A stretch of 64,000 bases of DNA from Felis catus (GCF_018350175.1 NC_058373.1:110176001-110240000), one strand, 5' to 3'; positions 11,860 through 24,653 are shown, counted from the first letter of the stretch. Notes: generated from the letters alone by a model not told the origin. A program made the numbers and translations.

Positions 11860-12790
11860 ATCTCTGACACTACAGCACGTCCTTTCTTTGCCTGCTGGTT
11901 CCCTGGCGGGGAGGTTGCCAGACATCCCAGTGGAACCCTTCTCTCTCATTCCCTGGTGGAAGTGTGGCTGCCTGCCTGAGAACCAGCACTTCTGATGCAA
12001 CTGAATTCAGGTTTGAGGTCATGGAAAGCATACATTCCATAACTGGGTCCTTTGAGAGGCCAGCCTATACCTACACCCTGCAGTGACCCGGGGACTCAAC
12101 TGGGTCATATGACCCAAGTGGCAGGGCAGTTTATCCCATAATCTGACCCTAGAGCGGTGCCTCTTTTTGTCCAGACCCCCCTCAAGCTTGGCAGCATTCT
12201 GATAGATGGAGCTGAGCAATATTCTCAAGTATAGCATATGCTGCCTCCAAAATCTCAGTGGGCACATCCAGTGCTTTCTTAGTGGTAGAGACATAAGACG
12301 GAACAACTTGAGCTTTTACGCCATGGAATTCTGGCAGGCACTCGACCACTGAGCTCCTGGAAACTTAATTTATGCTGGAATTGCTAAATTCTCACAGGCT
12401 TTACGGTCGACCCTTTGGCAGGTTTTCGTTTATCATTTCCGTGAGCGTGATATCAGAAAGGTAGTTGACCAGAGTGCTACTCTGTACTGTCCAGATTGCA
12501 AGGTGCCTGACTTGAGTTTGAACGTCAGGGCGGGAGAGTTAACAATACTGCCGGGGCAGAGTGTGGTGACGGTGGGGTACAGCTGAGGCGAGGACCACAG
12601 GGTCTGAAGAGGTGCGTGGAGGGATCTGATCTTCTGTGTCTTCATTCTGAGTTCAAGGATGACGGGACTCCATTTTGCAGACATGTGATGTATTAGGTTA
12701 TGTAGTTCTGGGTTCTGCATATAGCCATGTTGATAAATACATGATTAGTCAGGACTACTTTCCCTTTGGCATGGGTGTTAGGGGCATGAG
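11860..12790 (-). mobile_element. Decayed ERV-L internal region (pol / reverse transcriptase remnant)
   Basis: Minus-strand peptides in order: 'TLCPGSIVNSPAL' (~LPQGYINSPAL), 'LVNYLSDI' (~LVHYIDDI), 'RFWRQHMLYLRILLSSIY' (~GFWRQHIPHLGVLLRPIY), 'LPLGSYDP' (~LPLGPYDP); frameshifted. Confidence 0.8.
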
Positions 12791-13241
12791 GAAGTACCAG
12801 ACTGACTTTTTGGGGCATGTAGGAATGGGATGTGAAAGAAAAGTCACCTGTAGAAAAATTATCCAGCAGTCACCCAACCTCTTAGTAGTTGCAATTTGGT
12901 GAAGCTCATTCGAACTGCCTTATAGGTGTTTCAGAAGAGATAACTGCTTTGTGCAATGGAGATCTGAAACAGAGAAAAATTATTCATGAAAATACTCGAC
13001 AGTGTTTCCTTCAGCTCACAATAGCAGCATTTCATAGTAATCACATATCTACATGATCGATCGCTGGGAGCTATGGGATTCCAAAAGCAGAGGAATAATA
13101 TTCCCAGCTATAGGAAGACGGATGCTACTTCGAGTGAGGATATGGCATCAGGAACCCTTTGAAGGGCCAGTGCACAAAAATTATGGTTCCCAAGGTATGC
13201 TTCAGCTCCTGAGGCGATCCAAGTACAGTTTAGTTATTTTA

Positions 13242-13243
<2 letters not shown>

Positions 13244-13280
<37 letters not shown>
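13244..13280 (+). repeat. (TC)n microsatellite just upstream of the 13295 acceptor
   Basis: About 18 perfect dinucleotide units. Confidence 0.95.
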
Positions 13281-13284
<4 letters not shown>

Positions 13285-13294
13285 ATTGAATTAG

Positions 13295-13560
13295 ATTGAA
13301 CGAGAAGCAATTATTTTAGATAACCTTCAAGAAGATCTCCCTGAAATTTCTAAAACAAAAGAGGCGGCCACCACAGAGGAGCTCTGTGAGCTGCTAGACT
13401 GTTTATGCCGTTACCAAGAAAATGTGGAGAAGCAGCAGCCATTACTGACCTTACTTCTTCAGCGCCTAAGAAGTATCCAGAATGCTCCCCAAAGCTTACA
13501 GGCTGTAGAAACTGGTCCAGCATTTCAAGAGATTACATTGATGCAAGAACGATGCAACAA
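13295..13560 (+). CDS. SYNE2: Nesprin-2 coding exon (IEREAIILDNLQEDLPEISK...QERCN)
   Basis: ttag|ATT to AA|gtaagt; open frame, phase 0 to 2; missed by the ORF track. Confidence 0.93.
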
Positions 13561-13718
13561 GTAAGTCTTATGAAAAACTATTAAGACAACGTGCTTGCTG
13601 ACTCAGGCTTAAAATTTAGAGAATATTGGCTATTGAAAATATAAAAATATAGAATAATGACAAATGGTATGATGGAATTGCGTTAACACAGAAAAGTATA
13701 CAGTGTTGGCAATGTATA

Positions 13719-14365
13719 TCCACTGTGCAAACTATTACGACGGTTCTTCAGAAGATTCAAAATAGAATTACCCCAGGATCCAGTAACTCCACTATTAAGT
13801 ATCTACCCAGGGAAAGTGAAAACACTAACTCTAAAAGATGCATGCACCCTATGTTTATTGCAGCATTATTTACAGTAGCCAAGACGTGGAAGCAACCTAA
13901 GTGTCCATCAATGGACGAATAGATAAGGAAAATGTGGTATATGTGTGCAACAGAATATTACACAGCCTTAAAGAAGGATGAGATTGGGCCATTTGAGACA
14001 ACATGGATGGACCTAGAGGGTATTATGCTAAGTGAAATAAGTCAGCCTGAGAAAGACAAATACTGAGAAAGACAAATGTGATTCCACTCATAAATGGAAT
14101 CTTTAAAAAAAAAAAAAAAAAGCAGAACCAGAGGGGAGGTGGGTGGGGGTGGGCAAAATGAGTGAAGGGGAGTGGGAGGTACAGGCCTTTAGTTATGGAA
14201 TCGGTAAGTCTGGGAATAAAAAGCAGAGCATAAGGAATGTGGTCAATATTGTAACAGTGATGTAACAGGATAGTTGGGGTGAGTGTAGTATAATGTATAA
14301 ACCTGTCAAATCAGTAAGTTGTACACCTGAAACTAATGTAACGTTGCGTGTCAACTATACTCAAG
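13719..14365 (+). mobile_element. L1 3' end (ORF2 C-terminus plus 3' UTR), 5'-truncated
   Basis: Peptide 'PMFIAALFTVAKTWKQPKCPSMDE' and UTR end 'gtacacctgaaactaat...tgtcaactatactcaa'. Confidence 0.9.
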
Positions 14366-14859
14366 CGGGGTGGGGGGGGGTGCAGATGGAAAAGATCAGT
14401 AACAATGATGAAAACCAGTGCATATTCTGTATCCTGGTATTATTGAGGATGAATAGCCGTTGAATTTTTTTACTCGTGATTGCTTTTTTTTTTTTTTTTT
14501 TTTTTTCTATTTTTGTAATACATATTCATTATAGGCGGTTCGGGGAATGTGGAGAATTATAAAGGTTAATATAACCCCCCTCTTTAATTTTATCATTCAA
14601 CAACAATCACTGCCAATCACTTACCTTTTTTTGTTATAATTCTATTTTTAAACAAACTATGATAGTACTATATTGTTTCGTTGTGTGCTAAATCATTTAT
14701 CAGCATATCATGTTAATTTTCCTATGCCATTAAATGTTCCTTAAAACATAATTATGTAATATTTCACCATATGAATATACCATAATTTATTTAACCAAAC
14801 TCCTATTATAGAATCTTTAAATTATACATGGTTTTCACTTTTATAAAAACATGGTCGTG

Positions 14860-15080
14860 AGGGGGCTCCTGGGTGGCTCAGTCGGTTAAGCATCCGACTT
14901 CGGCTCAGGTCATGATCTTGCCATTCAGAGCTCGAGCCCCGCGTCGGGCTCTATGCTGACAACTCAGAGCCTGGAGCCTGGTTCAAATTCTGTGTCTCCC
15001 TCTCTCTCTCTCTGCCCCTCCCTTGCTTGTGCTCTGTCTCTGTCTCTCTCTCTCTCTGAAAAATAAGTAAACATTAAAAA
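14860..15080 (+). mobile_element. CAN-SINE
   Basis: Head, CT tract and A-rich tail. Confidence 0.9.
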
Positions 15081-15415
15081 GAAACCACTGTAGTGAATAT
15101 TCTTATGCCAGAATCTCTGCATCTGTGATTAATTCTTTGAGAAAGACACCAAGAAGCAGAATCAGTGGGTCAGAGGATATAATATGTTTATGGCTAGAAG
15201 TACTTACCAAATAGCTCTCAGGAAAGACTGTACCCTCTTACATTCCTCTACTAATATGGTAGTTACATCCACAGCAAATGGGGTCATCTGTCCCCAAGAG
15301 CCCACCCATGCATGACTCCATTCTCACCTCTAAGTCATATTCAGTTGAACTGACAGATCATGTGGAGAAAAGTCAGATGGAGACAGCAGTTGGAATGTAA
15401 AGTGTGAAAAGAGGA

Positions 15416-15629
15416 TTTTTTTTAAAGTTTATTTACTTAGAGAGAGAGAGAGAATAAGAGCAGGAGCGGGGGAGGGGCAGAGAGAGACTGAGAGAGAGAG
15501 AATCCCAAACAGGCTCCGCACTGTCAGCGCAGAGCCTGATGCGGGGCTCAAACTCACAAACTGTGAGACCACGACCTGAGCCTAAATCCAGAATCAGATG
15601 CTTAACCAACTGAACCACCCAGGAGCCCC
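15416..15629 (-). mobile_element. CAN-SINE
   Basis: Flanking aaaagaggat duplication. Confidence 0.88.
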
Positions 15630-15853
15630 AAAAAGAGGATATTTTGAGATGAAAGTTTGGAGAGGCTTTTGACTGAGTGATAGAATTTGGTATATGTTTG
15701 TATATGTAGTACATAAACCACTGAAAATTGGTACTTTTCTCTCAGGAAAAATAATCTTCTTTTGCGAACTATGCTGACATTGTGTTAATTGTTGAAATAA
15801 AAATTATTTCACAAGACAGCAGGATAAGAACAATTTTATTTTGATGTTGTTAG

Positions 15854-16022
15854 GCTTTTTCAGAAAGCTCAAGAAAATAAGGAATTGGTGGAGAATGAAA
15901 CCCAAGAAAGACATTCCTTCACAAAAGAAATAAGTACTTTGAAGAATTTATTTCAACAGACCGCAACTTCTTTCCAAAATATGGAATTACACGACCACCC
16001 AGAAAAGGCAGAACAGTTCAAG
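15854..16022 (+). CDS. SYNE2: Nesprin-2 coding exon (LFQKAQENKEL...AEQFK)
   Basis: ttag|G to AAG|gtgagt; phase 2 to 0. Confidence 0.92.
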
Positions 16023-16224
16023 GTGAGTGAGGAATGAAGTGAGGAACCAGTGAATGTGGCTGATACAGGTCTGCAGTCTTGAATGCAAATTCCTTGGGGC
16101 AGGGGTAACTCTGTGACTGGAGTGGAGGGAGTGGCCCAGGAGAGAGGAAAGCGCAGGCAAAGGCCCCGTGGCATGGTGGGGCCAAGCCACAGGGGAAGAT
16201 CAGTGTGGTTGGAGTGCAGAGAAG

Positions 16225-16825
16225 CGTTGCAGGATTTTTCACCTCAATACCTGGGATTCATCGTTTCACCGCTTTGAAGAATGAAGAGGTGGACACAGAA
16301 TGAACAGCAGGCAAAAGTTTATTAGGGTATAAGATTAGAAAGCAAGAATAGTATGAAAGCTCTCTTTACAGAGAAGGGGCATTTGAAGGTGAATGCTCCA
16401 GACTGTAGGCAAGGGCCTTTGTTTTACAACGTTCTGGACGCTCCCCTCTTTTCTTCCCCTTGTTCGTTCTCAGTGTCTGTCCTTATTGGCTTGATGCTCT
16501 AGGTGCTTGGGTTGTCCATTCCTGATTGGCCCAATTCCATTGTATGAGGGGAGATCTATGGCCATATCATTTCTTGTGGGTCAAATGTTTTATGGTCTAC
16601 TACTTACTTTCAGTTAGGTCTTTTGTCAAATTCCTGAGCGAAACCTGAGGGGGAGGGGAATAGGTGGTACCTGTTACATTCTCAGGAGGAACCTTGTGCC
16701 CCAGGGGGTTTGCTGTGGTCAGACACTCCCAGCATTGTTCCAAAATATGCATTTTCCCCCACCCTGGGACCTCGGGTCCTAACCTTTCCCTCTCGGCCTA
16801 CTGAATCTTGTCTTTTCCTATCACA
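16225..16825 (-). mobile_element. Probable solo ERV LTR (carnivore ERV1-like)
   Basis: About 600-bp unit (c/t)gttgca...tcaca; imperfect 4-bp flanks gaag/gtag; minus-strand AATAAA at about 16318-16323. Confidence 0.6.
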
Positions 16826-16984
16826 GTAGAGAGCAGGGAGGTAGGCCGGTCTGGACCAAGCAGTCCTGCTTCAACCCCTTTTCAGGCGTGTTTGGTGAAC
16901 AGGGGTCTCAGAGCATTTATTGAGTAGGGTGTTAGACTACTGCCTTTAGTAGGATGTACTACTTACCTCTGATATAGGTGCCAC

Positions 16985-17795
16985 CGTATTTACTCACAAC
17001 ACTTTTGGTACCAAATGTGTGGAGTTTCTTCCCCAAGTCTCTGGAAAGCAATGATTCAATTCAATTCAATTCAATTCAATTCAATTCAATTCAATTCTAA
17101 CATTAACTAGCAGGAGTTAGCACAGACCACGCAGATTAAAGGCTCACTCCCACAAGACCGCCCCCCACTTCAGATGCTAATCACAAGTTCTGGCCCTCCT
17201 GTACTTCTGACAGACTGGCTATCAATCAGGGGTTCCCATGACCCCTTCCTCGGGGTTAATGATTTACTAGAATGGCTTGCAGAAGTCAGGAAAGCACTTT
17301 ACTATTACTGGTTTGTTACAAAGGATGCAACTCAGGATCCCTCGATAAGAGGTGCATAGACCGAGGTAAGGGCGAAGAGCCTCTAAGCCCTCTCTGAGTG
17401 TGCCGCTCTCCCAGCACCAACTCCAGACTCTCCAGACCTCATCGATTAGGGTTTTTTATGGTGGTCCCATTATGCAGGCACGATTGGTTAAATCGCTGGC
17501 CATTGATGATTAACTCAATCTCTAGCACCTGGCCCCACCCTAGGGGGTTGGGAAATGGGGCTGGAACTTCACTTGATTGGTTCCTCGGGCAACCAGCCCC
17601 GCCCCCCATCAAGAATCTATCTGGGGGAGCCCTCAGAAGTCACTTATTAGCATAAACTCAGGTATAGTTGAAAAGGGCTTGTTATGAATAACAAAACGCG
17701 CTCCTTTACTCCTATCCCAGAAATCCCAAGGGCCTTAGAAACTGCTCAGGAACCAGGGCTGAAGACGAACTGTATCTCTTAAATCGCAGTATCCT
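16985..17795 (-). mobile_element. MER21-like LTR with an internal (AATTC)n expansion
   Basis: Recognised motifs 'ggctcactcccacaagaccgccccccacttcagatgc' and 'ggggttcccatgacccc'; (AATTC)n at about 17052-17097. Confidence 0.75.
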
Positions 17796-18939
17796 AAGGG
17801 CTGTGCACACGCCCCCGTGTCATTTGGGACCTCATGTCTTTTAGAATGACTCCAGTCCAATGGTAACAAGCGAAACAGACATTTGGAAGTTTACTCAAAA
17901 ATCACGTGTGGTTGTTAACCATTGCTCAGTGTTGATAGAGGGAATTTACTCTCCCTCAGTCTTCATGGAGAACCCATCCAAGTGTAGCTCTATATTCTCT
18001 GACTAGGTCTAGATAAAACCGGACGGCACTGTACTTCAAACCCCACCTTTGTCTGAATGGCATTGTTCTCTGACTTTCTGCCTCTGGATTTGTTCTCTGC
18101 TGAGGGTAAAGAAAAGGAAAACAGTGACACATCACGGAGTCATTCAAAATTGTAATCATTCTTCAGTGCGGTGACTCAACCTATTAACACAAATAATGCT
18201 ACTGAACAGTTACTGTAAAAACAAAACAAACCCCTCAAAAGCCACAGTAAAGTCAAGAAGTATTTTTCCACTGGATCTTTGGGAGACTTTCCCAAACAAA
18301 TGAGTTTCTCCTTTATAATTAGTGCAGGAGAACGTAGATCAGATTTTGTTTCTAGGCCACAACCAATAGACTATTTGTTCAGGTTTCTTTTATCTTTTAA
18401 AGCCCACATTCTTTGCAGGGAACTGGAACCCTCCCTTTTGAAAGAAGTTGAGCTCTGCTGGGCTGTCTAATTACATGAAAGCAGACACTTTTGCTTCAGG
18501 CGTAGGGCTTTTAGTGGCCTTGAATCATTGTGATGATAATGTAGGAAGAAGCAGAAATGGCAACAAGTTAATAACAACAACAACAAAAAAAAACTTCTTT
18601 GAAACTTTTTTGCTACTTGTGGCTTTCTAGATCAAGACTGCAAGTGAGATACAGTCAGATCCTAGAGGCATTTTAGAAGCAGGAGATGTTGTAATGTCTT
18701 GTTAGGACAATGGTTTGACACCATGAAGAGATATCAAGTTTAATTCTTACAAACTAGAAAGCATCATCTGACCAAGCAGAGTATCTCTCCGGCTTAATCG
18801 GCTTGTATCAGTAGTGAGGCTTTGTCATGCAAAGTGTGCTCATTTAAATCATAAGGATGTGCTGGGAAGCTGCTTTTACTTTGAGAGTTACACTTTTTCC
18901 CTGTCCTGTGAGTATTTGAAACTCTCTTGATGTTTTTAG

Positions 18940-19095
18940 GAGCTTCAAAGCATTTTTAAGAAAGGGAAGCTGACTTTTGAGAATATTATGGAAAAACTGC
19001 GAATCAAGTATTCTGAAATGTATACCCTAGTCCCTGCAGAGATTGAATCCCAGGTGGAAGAATGCAGAAAAGCATTAGAAGACATAGACGAGAAG
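18940..19095 (+). CDS. SYNE2: Nesprin-2 coding exon (ELQSIFKKGKLTFENIMEK...DIDEK)
   Basis: tttttag|GAG to AAG|gtaata; 156 nt, phase 0-0. Confidence 0.93.
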
Positions 19096-21486
19096 GTAAT
19101 AATAATGTTTGTACTAGTGTTATTATTTACGAGTTGAAGAGATATAAAGAAAAGACGACGTAATGTCACATTTTCATTTGCCCTGATTTCAACTATGACT
19201 GTTTTTATAGGGTTTAGATAAGTGATAATTTTGTGTATTGAATACTGAGGTGAAATTGCTCTAAATAAGTGACAGATAACAGAATTAGACAATGTGTTTA
19301 TTTTTAGTTGTCAGGATGTTTAGTTTTTTTCTTCTCTTGCATTTAAAAATAGAATTGTCCGTTAGCTTTTACTTGGCTTTTTTTTTTTTTTTTAAACGGA
19401 GAATCACTTTAAAATTTTGGACATGAATAATACTTTGCTGTAAAATGTATTCCCTCCCTGTGAGTGTTTTAAAATTGCTACCAAGGGCAATTAGAATACG
19501 AATTTCACAACTCACCAGGAATAGCATCTAAGACACGGTGTCCTCACAAAACACATCTGAGCAAATCTTCATCCCCGAATGGATGAATCTGAAAGTTAGA
19601 AGAACAAGTGGGAAATGTTTCCTAGTACTGGAGACCCAAGACGTTAGCAAGACAGATTTATTAGATCGTAGAAAGGCAGCCTACATCCATCCAGCAGAAC
19701 AAAATTCTGTTTGGTCCGGCATCCACAGAAAGATTTTTGTGTTCTTTTTTGAAATCTGGAATACCCCTAACTTAATAAAATAGATATCAAGCACATACAC
19801 AGGAAATCACATTTCAAACCAGTTAACTTCTTTGGCGGTTTTCTTAGGAAAATCTGACCCGTGAAAAAACATATATACTCCTAATATACATTTATGGCAA
19901 ATGTTGTTGATTTAACACAGAAGAAAATGAGATACTTCCATGAGATACCTTCTCAAGAATCAAGCACTATTGATTTATTTTAAGAAAATAGTGTTTTGAG
20001 AGTAACTAAATTTGTTTCTGTGAATACTTCATGTGAAAATCTTTTCTTCTTTTCATGTGAAAGTCCCCAACAAAATAAATAATCAGAATCACTCTTAAAT
20101 CTGGGGTTGAGAGTGTCAGCTGTACCTTGTACATTTGTAACAGATTGCAACTGATTTTGCTTGTTTGGTGTGTGAAGGATCCAGGCAGACTCAGAACCGT
20201 ACTGTATAATTTGAAGGGCTGCTGACTTTTCCTAAATCTTGGTCTCTCCTAACGTACCTAAGTTATATGCCTTTTGGCCAAGAGAGTAACTGTCCCGAAT
20301 ATCAGAAAAATTGTTACATAGCAATAAATAGCTATTACAGCAGTTTAAAAACTAACATAGGGTTAATTTTTTCCCTTAAAAATCTCAACTGCATTATGGT
20401 CTGTGGAATAAAAACATCTTACGAGAGTATCAACATCCTGAAATGTGAAAAAGAGCCTGGGACTCCAGAGTGACTTGGGGCTTCTCAGGACAAGTTCACG
20501 TTCTCCCCTGATGTGTAACCATAAGCAAGTCATTTAACCTGTGTTTAGTTTCTCTCTGTGTACCATCTGCATTGGAAGGTTTTAGTCGTAATAGTTATAC
20601 AGATATAGTTGTTTTTAAAAGGGTTAAAGGATTATACAGAAGCGTAAAGTATTATTTGGTTATTTAGTGGCTGCTGGGAGAAAGCCTTACCAACAACATG
20701 GCCTAAAACAAACAAACAAACCAAAAAAAAAAAAAAAAACAACCAAAAAACCAAGAACAGGAACTAATCAGGTATTTGAAAAATGACACATTCCACATTC
20801 ATTTGTTATCTTTCCTAGCCCAAGTTATTTTCTTAAGAAAATCATTCAGATAAAAAAGTTACACTGTTCAGCTACTAGATTTCAGATTGCTGTGAAAACA
20901 TACACTATAAACATTCACGCAGAGAAAAACTGAGCTTTGTGCCTCCTCAAGAAATAGTGAGTTTTAGAGGGTTATTTCACCCAAATGAATATTATGGTGA
21001 GAATTAGATTATTTTTAAGTCAGCTTGCGAATAAGCTGGGTTTTATTGAGAACAGTCCTATGCAGAGGTCTTTGTCATAAAATGAGAGACTGTATAATAA
21101 ATTATTTACCTCCCTTGGATTTTTTCATATCATTTGCTCCATTGGGCTCTGTCTCAGATAGTACACTCAGTAGCTTTGCCCATCTCAGCACAGACCTGTA
21201 GTACAATCTGTAGATTACAACAAATTCTTGTTGATTGATTTTCTTCTCCTTTTTTTAGATTGGACTTAAAAGGTCAGGTCAGCACAGCTCCTACTTCCTA
21301 GTCTGCTAGTCTACCCTCTCATTAATGTATTAGCTAATAATGGTTTGGGATGTTCCCCCTAGCCTTTACAGGATTTTTGTAAGTAAAATCACGTAACAAG
21401 GTACCTATCTTTTCTATCACCTGGACCTGTGAATAGAGTATGGAGCACATCTGTAAGCCAAACGTATCTTTCTCTCGTTACAACAG

Positions 21487-21627
21487 ATTAGCAGTGAAGC
21501 TTTGAAAAGTTCACCATCATATACGATGCGTAGAAAAATAGACGAGATTAACAAAGGGCTTCACAATGTGGAAAAGATGTTGCAGCAGAAAAGCAAAAAT
21601 ATCGAGAAAGCTCAGGAAATTCAAAAG
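21487..21627 (+). CDS. SYNE2: Nesprin-2 coding exon (ISSEALKSSPSY...AQEIQK)
   Basis: acag|ATT to AAG|gtaata; 141 nt, phase 0-0. Confidence 0.93.
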
Positions 21628-21949
21628 GTAATATCCGTCCTTTCATTTCCTTCAGCATTTAGCATTCCTCCTGTTCCTCAGTCATCAGGGTGTGCTCTTT
21701 GGATGAATCTGAAGCACAGAGATGCTCACCCAGAGCCTGTAGGGCCCCCTTACTGCATGTCACCTGCAGAGGGTTAGTAGAGAAGATTGCATTTAAGAAT
21801 CGTTCTCAGTTTTTCCATGGTGGGAATATGCCTGAACCCCTGAGAGCCTGTGATTGTGAACTAGCCTTTTCACAAGTAAAGGAGAGTAAGGACCTTATCC
21901 TGGAAAGACTGATATAAGAAACATTATAAATATTAATTTAAAAAAAAAT

Positions 21950-22164
21950 TTTTTTTTTCAACGTTTATTTATTTTTTTGGGGACAGAGAGAGACAGAGCA
22001 TGAACGGGGGAGGGGCAGAGAGAGAGGGAGACACAGAATCGGAAACAGGCTCCAGGCTCTGAGCCATCAGCCCAGAGCCCGACGCGGGGCTCGAACTGCT
22101 GGACTGCGAGATCGTGACCTGGCTGAAGTCGGACGCTCAACCTACTGCGCCACCCAGGCGCCCC
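21950..22164 (-). mobile_element. Young felid CAN-SINE (SINEC_Fc type)
   Basis: Near-consensus body with intact CpGs. Confidence 0.93.
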
Positions 22165-22808
22165 TAATTTTTTTTTTTTAAGCTAGCATGTTTCTATGAG
22201 CAATTCTTGGAGTTTTTGTTTTCTAGCGTGAATTAACATGGGGAATATGATATGGAATATTTCTGAAACTTATTTGATTAAAAAATATATTTCAATAGGA
22301 TTTGAGTGGAATTAACAACTTTTCTTTAGACTACAAGGCAAAGCAGGAAAATAGAAATCCCAAACTTATTTGCCTTGTAAAATATCTTGGGAAATAAAGT
22401 CTTAGGTAAAACTGTACATAAGCGTGATTTTCTACCACTTAATTCCCCGAGTAAACTCCTGCATGTGGAAAAGCATTCTCTAATCTATGTTTTAAGGAAT
22501 TACTCTAATATGAATGGAGACATTTAAAAATAGGTCAAAATATGGCTCACCTTTGGACAAAATCTTGACCCTTAATAAGTAGAGGAAGCTAAGTTAACCA
22601 GTCTGCTTTTCCCATTTCTAAAAGTTGGGTTCTTAAGCAAATATTAAGTACAAATTAAATATTTTACCTTTGAGAATTCCATTGACAATACAAGGTCAGG
22701 CTTGAATCCAATCTATTTGCTAGAATTTTCTGCCACTGCATTAATCCTAAACCAAAACAGATATTTTCTGTTAGCTTTGTTTTTACACTTAGTAAAAATC
22801 GTCTTCTT

Positions 22809-22934
22809 GGGGGACCTGTATGACTCAGTCGGTTGAGCGTCCAACTCTGATTTCTGTTCAGGTCATGATCCCAGGGAAGTGGGATTGAGCCCCATGTCGG
22901 GCTCCGCACTCAGTGCGGAGCCTGCTTGAGATTG

Positions 22935-22985
<51 letters not shown>

Positions 22986-23042
22986 GTGCTCCCCTCCCCC
23001 AATCACACACACTCACTCTCTCTAAAATAAAATTTTAAAAAA
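22809..23042 (+). mobile_element. CAN-SINE with long (CT)n, followed by CA/TG microsatellites to 23110
   Basis: Head, CT tract and tail; flanking aaaaat(c/t)gtcttct duplication. Confidence 0.85.
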
Positions 23043-23451
23043 TTGTCTTCTAGATTAAATACACACACACAGGCGCGCATGAGGATGCGTGTGTGTGTGT
23101 GTGTGTGTGTGATTAACTGAAGCCCCTCTTAAACATAATGTTACCTCATCACTCTTGAAAGACTAAGGTTATATTGACCTTGTTCGGTGTCATTTGTCTC
23201 TGGAAATGTCTAGGTCTTTCTGTTCCCTTACAGCCAATTCTGTTCGTGAAACAAATATAGGTAGACTAAGAGACCTCAGAAATGGTGTTTTTCAACTTAG
23301 GTCACAAGTGGTTTGGGGGCATAAGTGAATAAGTGTGCCTGTGATGTTGTTTTGGTAGCACTTACAGGTGCAAATACAGTGCAAAGACTAGGAATTAACA
23401 CAATGAACCAGGACCTCTGCATTCAAAGTGACTCATGATTTCCTTCTCCAG

Positions 23452-23634
23452 AAAATGTGGGACGAGCTAGATCTCTGGCATTCCAAGCTAAATGAGCTGG
23501 ATTCTGAAGTGCAGGACATTGTTGAACAGGATCCAGGACGGGCTCAAGAATGGATGGATAACTTGATGATTCCTTTCCAGCAGTATCAGCAAGTATCGCA
23601 GAGAGCAGAATCTAGAACCTCACAGTTAAATAAG
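23452..23634 (+). CDS. SYNE2: Nesprin-2 coding exon (KMWDELDLWHSKL...SQLNK)
   Basis: ttctccag|AAA to AAG|gtatga; 183 nt, phase 0-0. Confidence 0.95.
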
Positions 23635-24267
23635 GTATGACAGTAACACGTGATAACTACGCTTAGCTTGTATTGAAAGGGCTTTAAAACAAAACTAAAA
23701 TATATCTTCTGAGGCAGCCATTTTCCCTTGAATTGCCAGTTTCGGGTTCTGAAGCTAGAGCCAGATGATAGGGTCAGGTGGGCGCCAGGAGGACAGATTT
23801 AACTGCTGTCATCAATAGGAAGTCTGACTGGGCAAGCAGAAGCAGGTGTCCCAAAGTCGGACCGCAGCAAGAGTCCAGGAGAGCATTGGGCTTCCCAATA
23901 GGCAATGGGCATTTCCAACAAACAATCTCAAGAGTCCCTGCAGGGAGCCAGCAACAAGAAAGAATGTCAGTCAGGAACAAGACACTTTCTCCCTCCCTTC
24001 CAAATAGGGGTCGTGGTGGGTGGGTTGTACATGTAATCTAGCAAGAACGAGGCAGGAGCCTAGTCCCAGAGGAACTGGGATATACTAAGACAAGGCCCTG
24101 TATGGGAAGACAAAATACGAATCCAGTTTTCAGAATGAAGCATAAAATGGGAACCAGACTAGTTGCAAGGCTAACTGGGAACTGTTCCTGAGACCCATAG
24201 CATTAGGGTACAACTTCATAAATCCTTTCTACCTATGGTCGGGGTTAGTCTTAAAAGTTAGAAATGT

Positions 24268-24496
24268 GGGGCGCCTGGGTGGCTCAGTCGGTTAAGCGGC
24301 CGACTTCGGCTCAGGTCATGATCTCACACTCCGTGAGTTCGAGCCCCGTGTCCGGCTCTGTGCTGACAGCTCAGAGCCTGGAGCCTGTTTCAGATTCTGT
24401 GCCTCCTTCTCTCTCTGACCCTCCCCTGTTCATGCTCTGTCTGTCTCTGTCTCAAAAATAAATAAACATTAAAAAAAAAAATTAAAAAAAAAAAAG
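24268..24496 (+). mobile_element. CAN-SINE about 160 bp upstream of the 24654 exon
   Basis: TSD aaaagttagaaatgtg. Confidence 0.93.
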
Positions 24497-24653
24497 TTAG
24501 AAATGTGAAGACCTGGAGGGGGTGGGCGAGTTGCCCCAGCCACAGGGAGTGGAACCCTGCAGGGCCTGATTTACGGTAGCAAATTCTCCATTGAAGAATC
24601 ACTTGACTCAAGTGGAAGGAGTCAGACTATTTGCTCGTGCCTTTCTTTCACAG

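Noticed and set aside
14047..14078. 16-bp tandem duplication ctgagaaagacaaat(a/g)
   Set aside because: Ordinary slippage inside a dead L1 fragment
17052..17097. Regular short repeats, (AATTC)n, considered as CRISPR-like or structured arrays
   Set aside because: Simple microsatellite without spacers in a mammalian LTR
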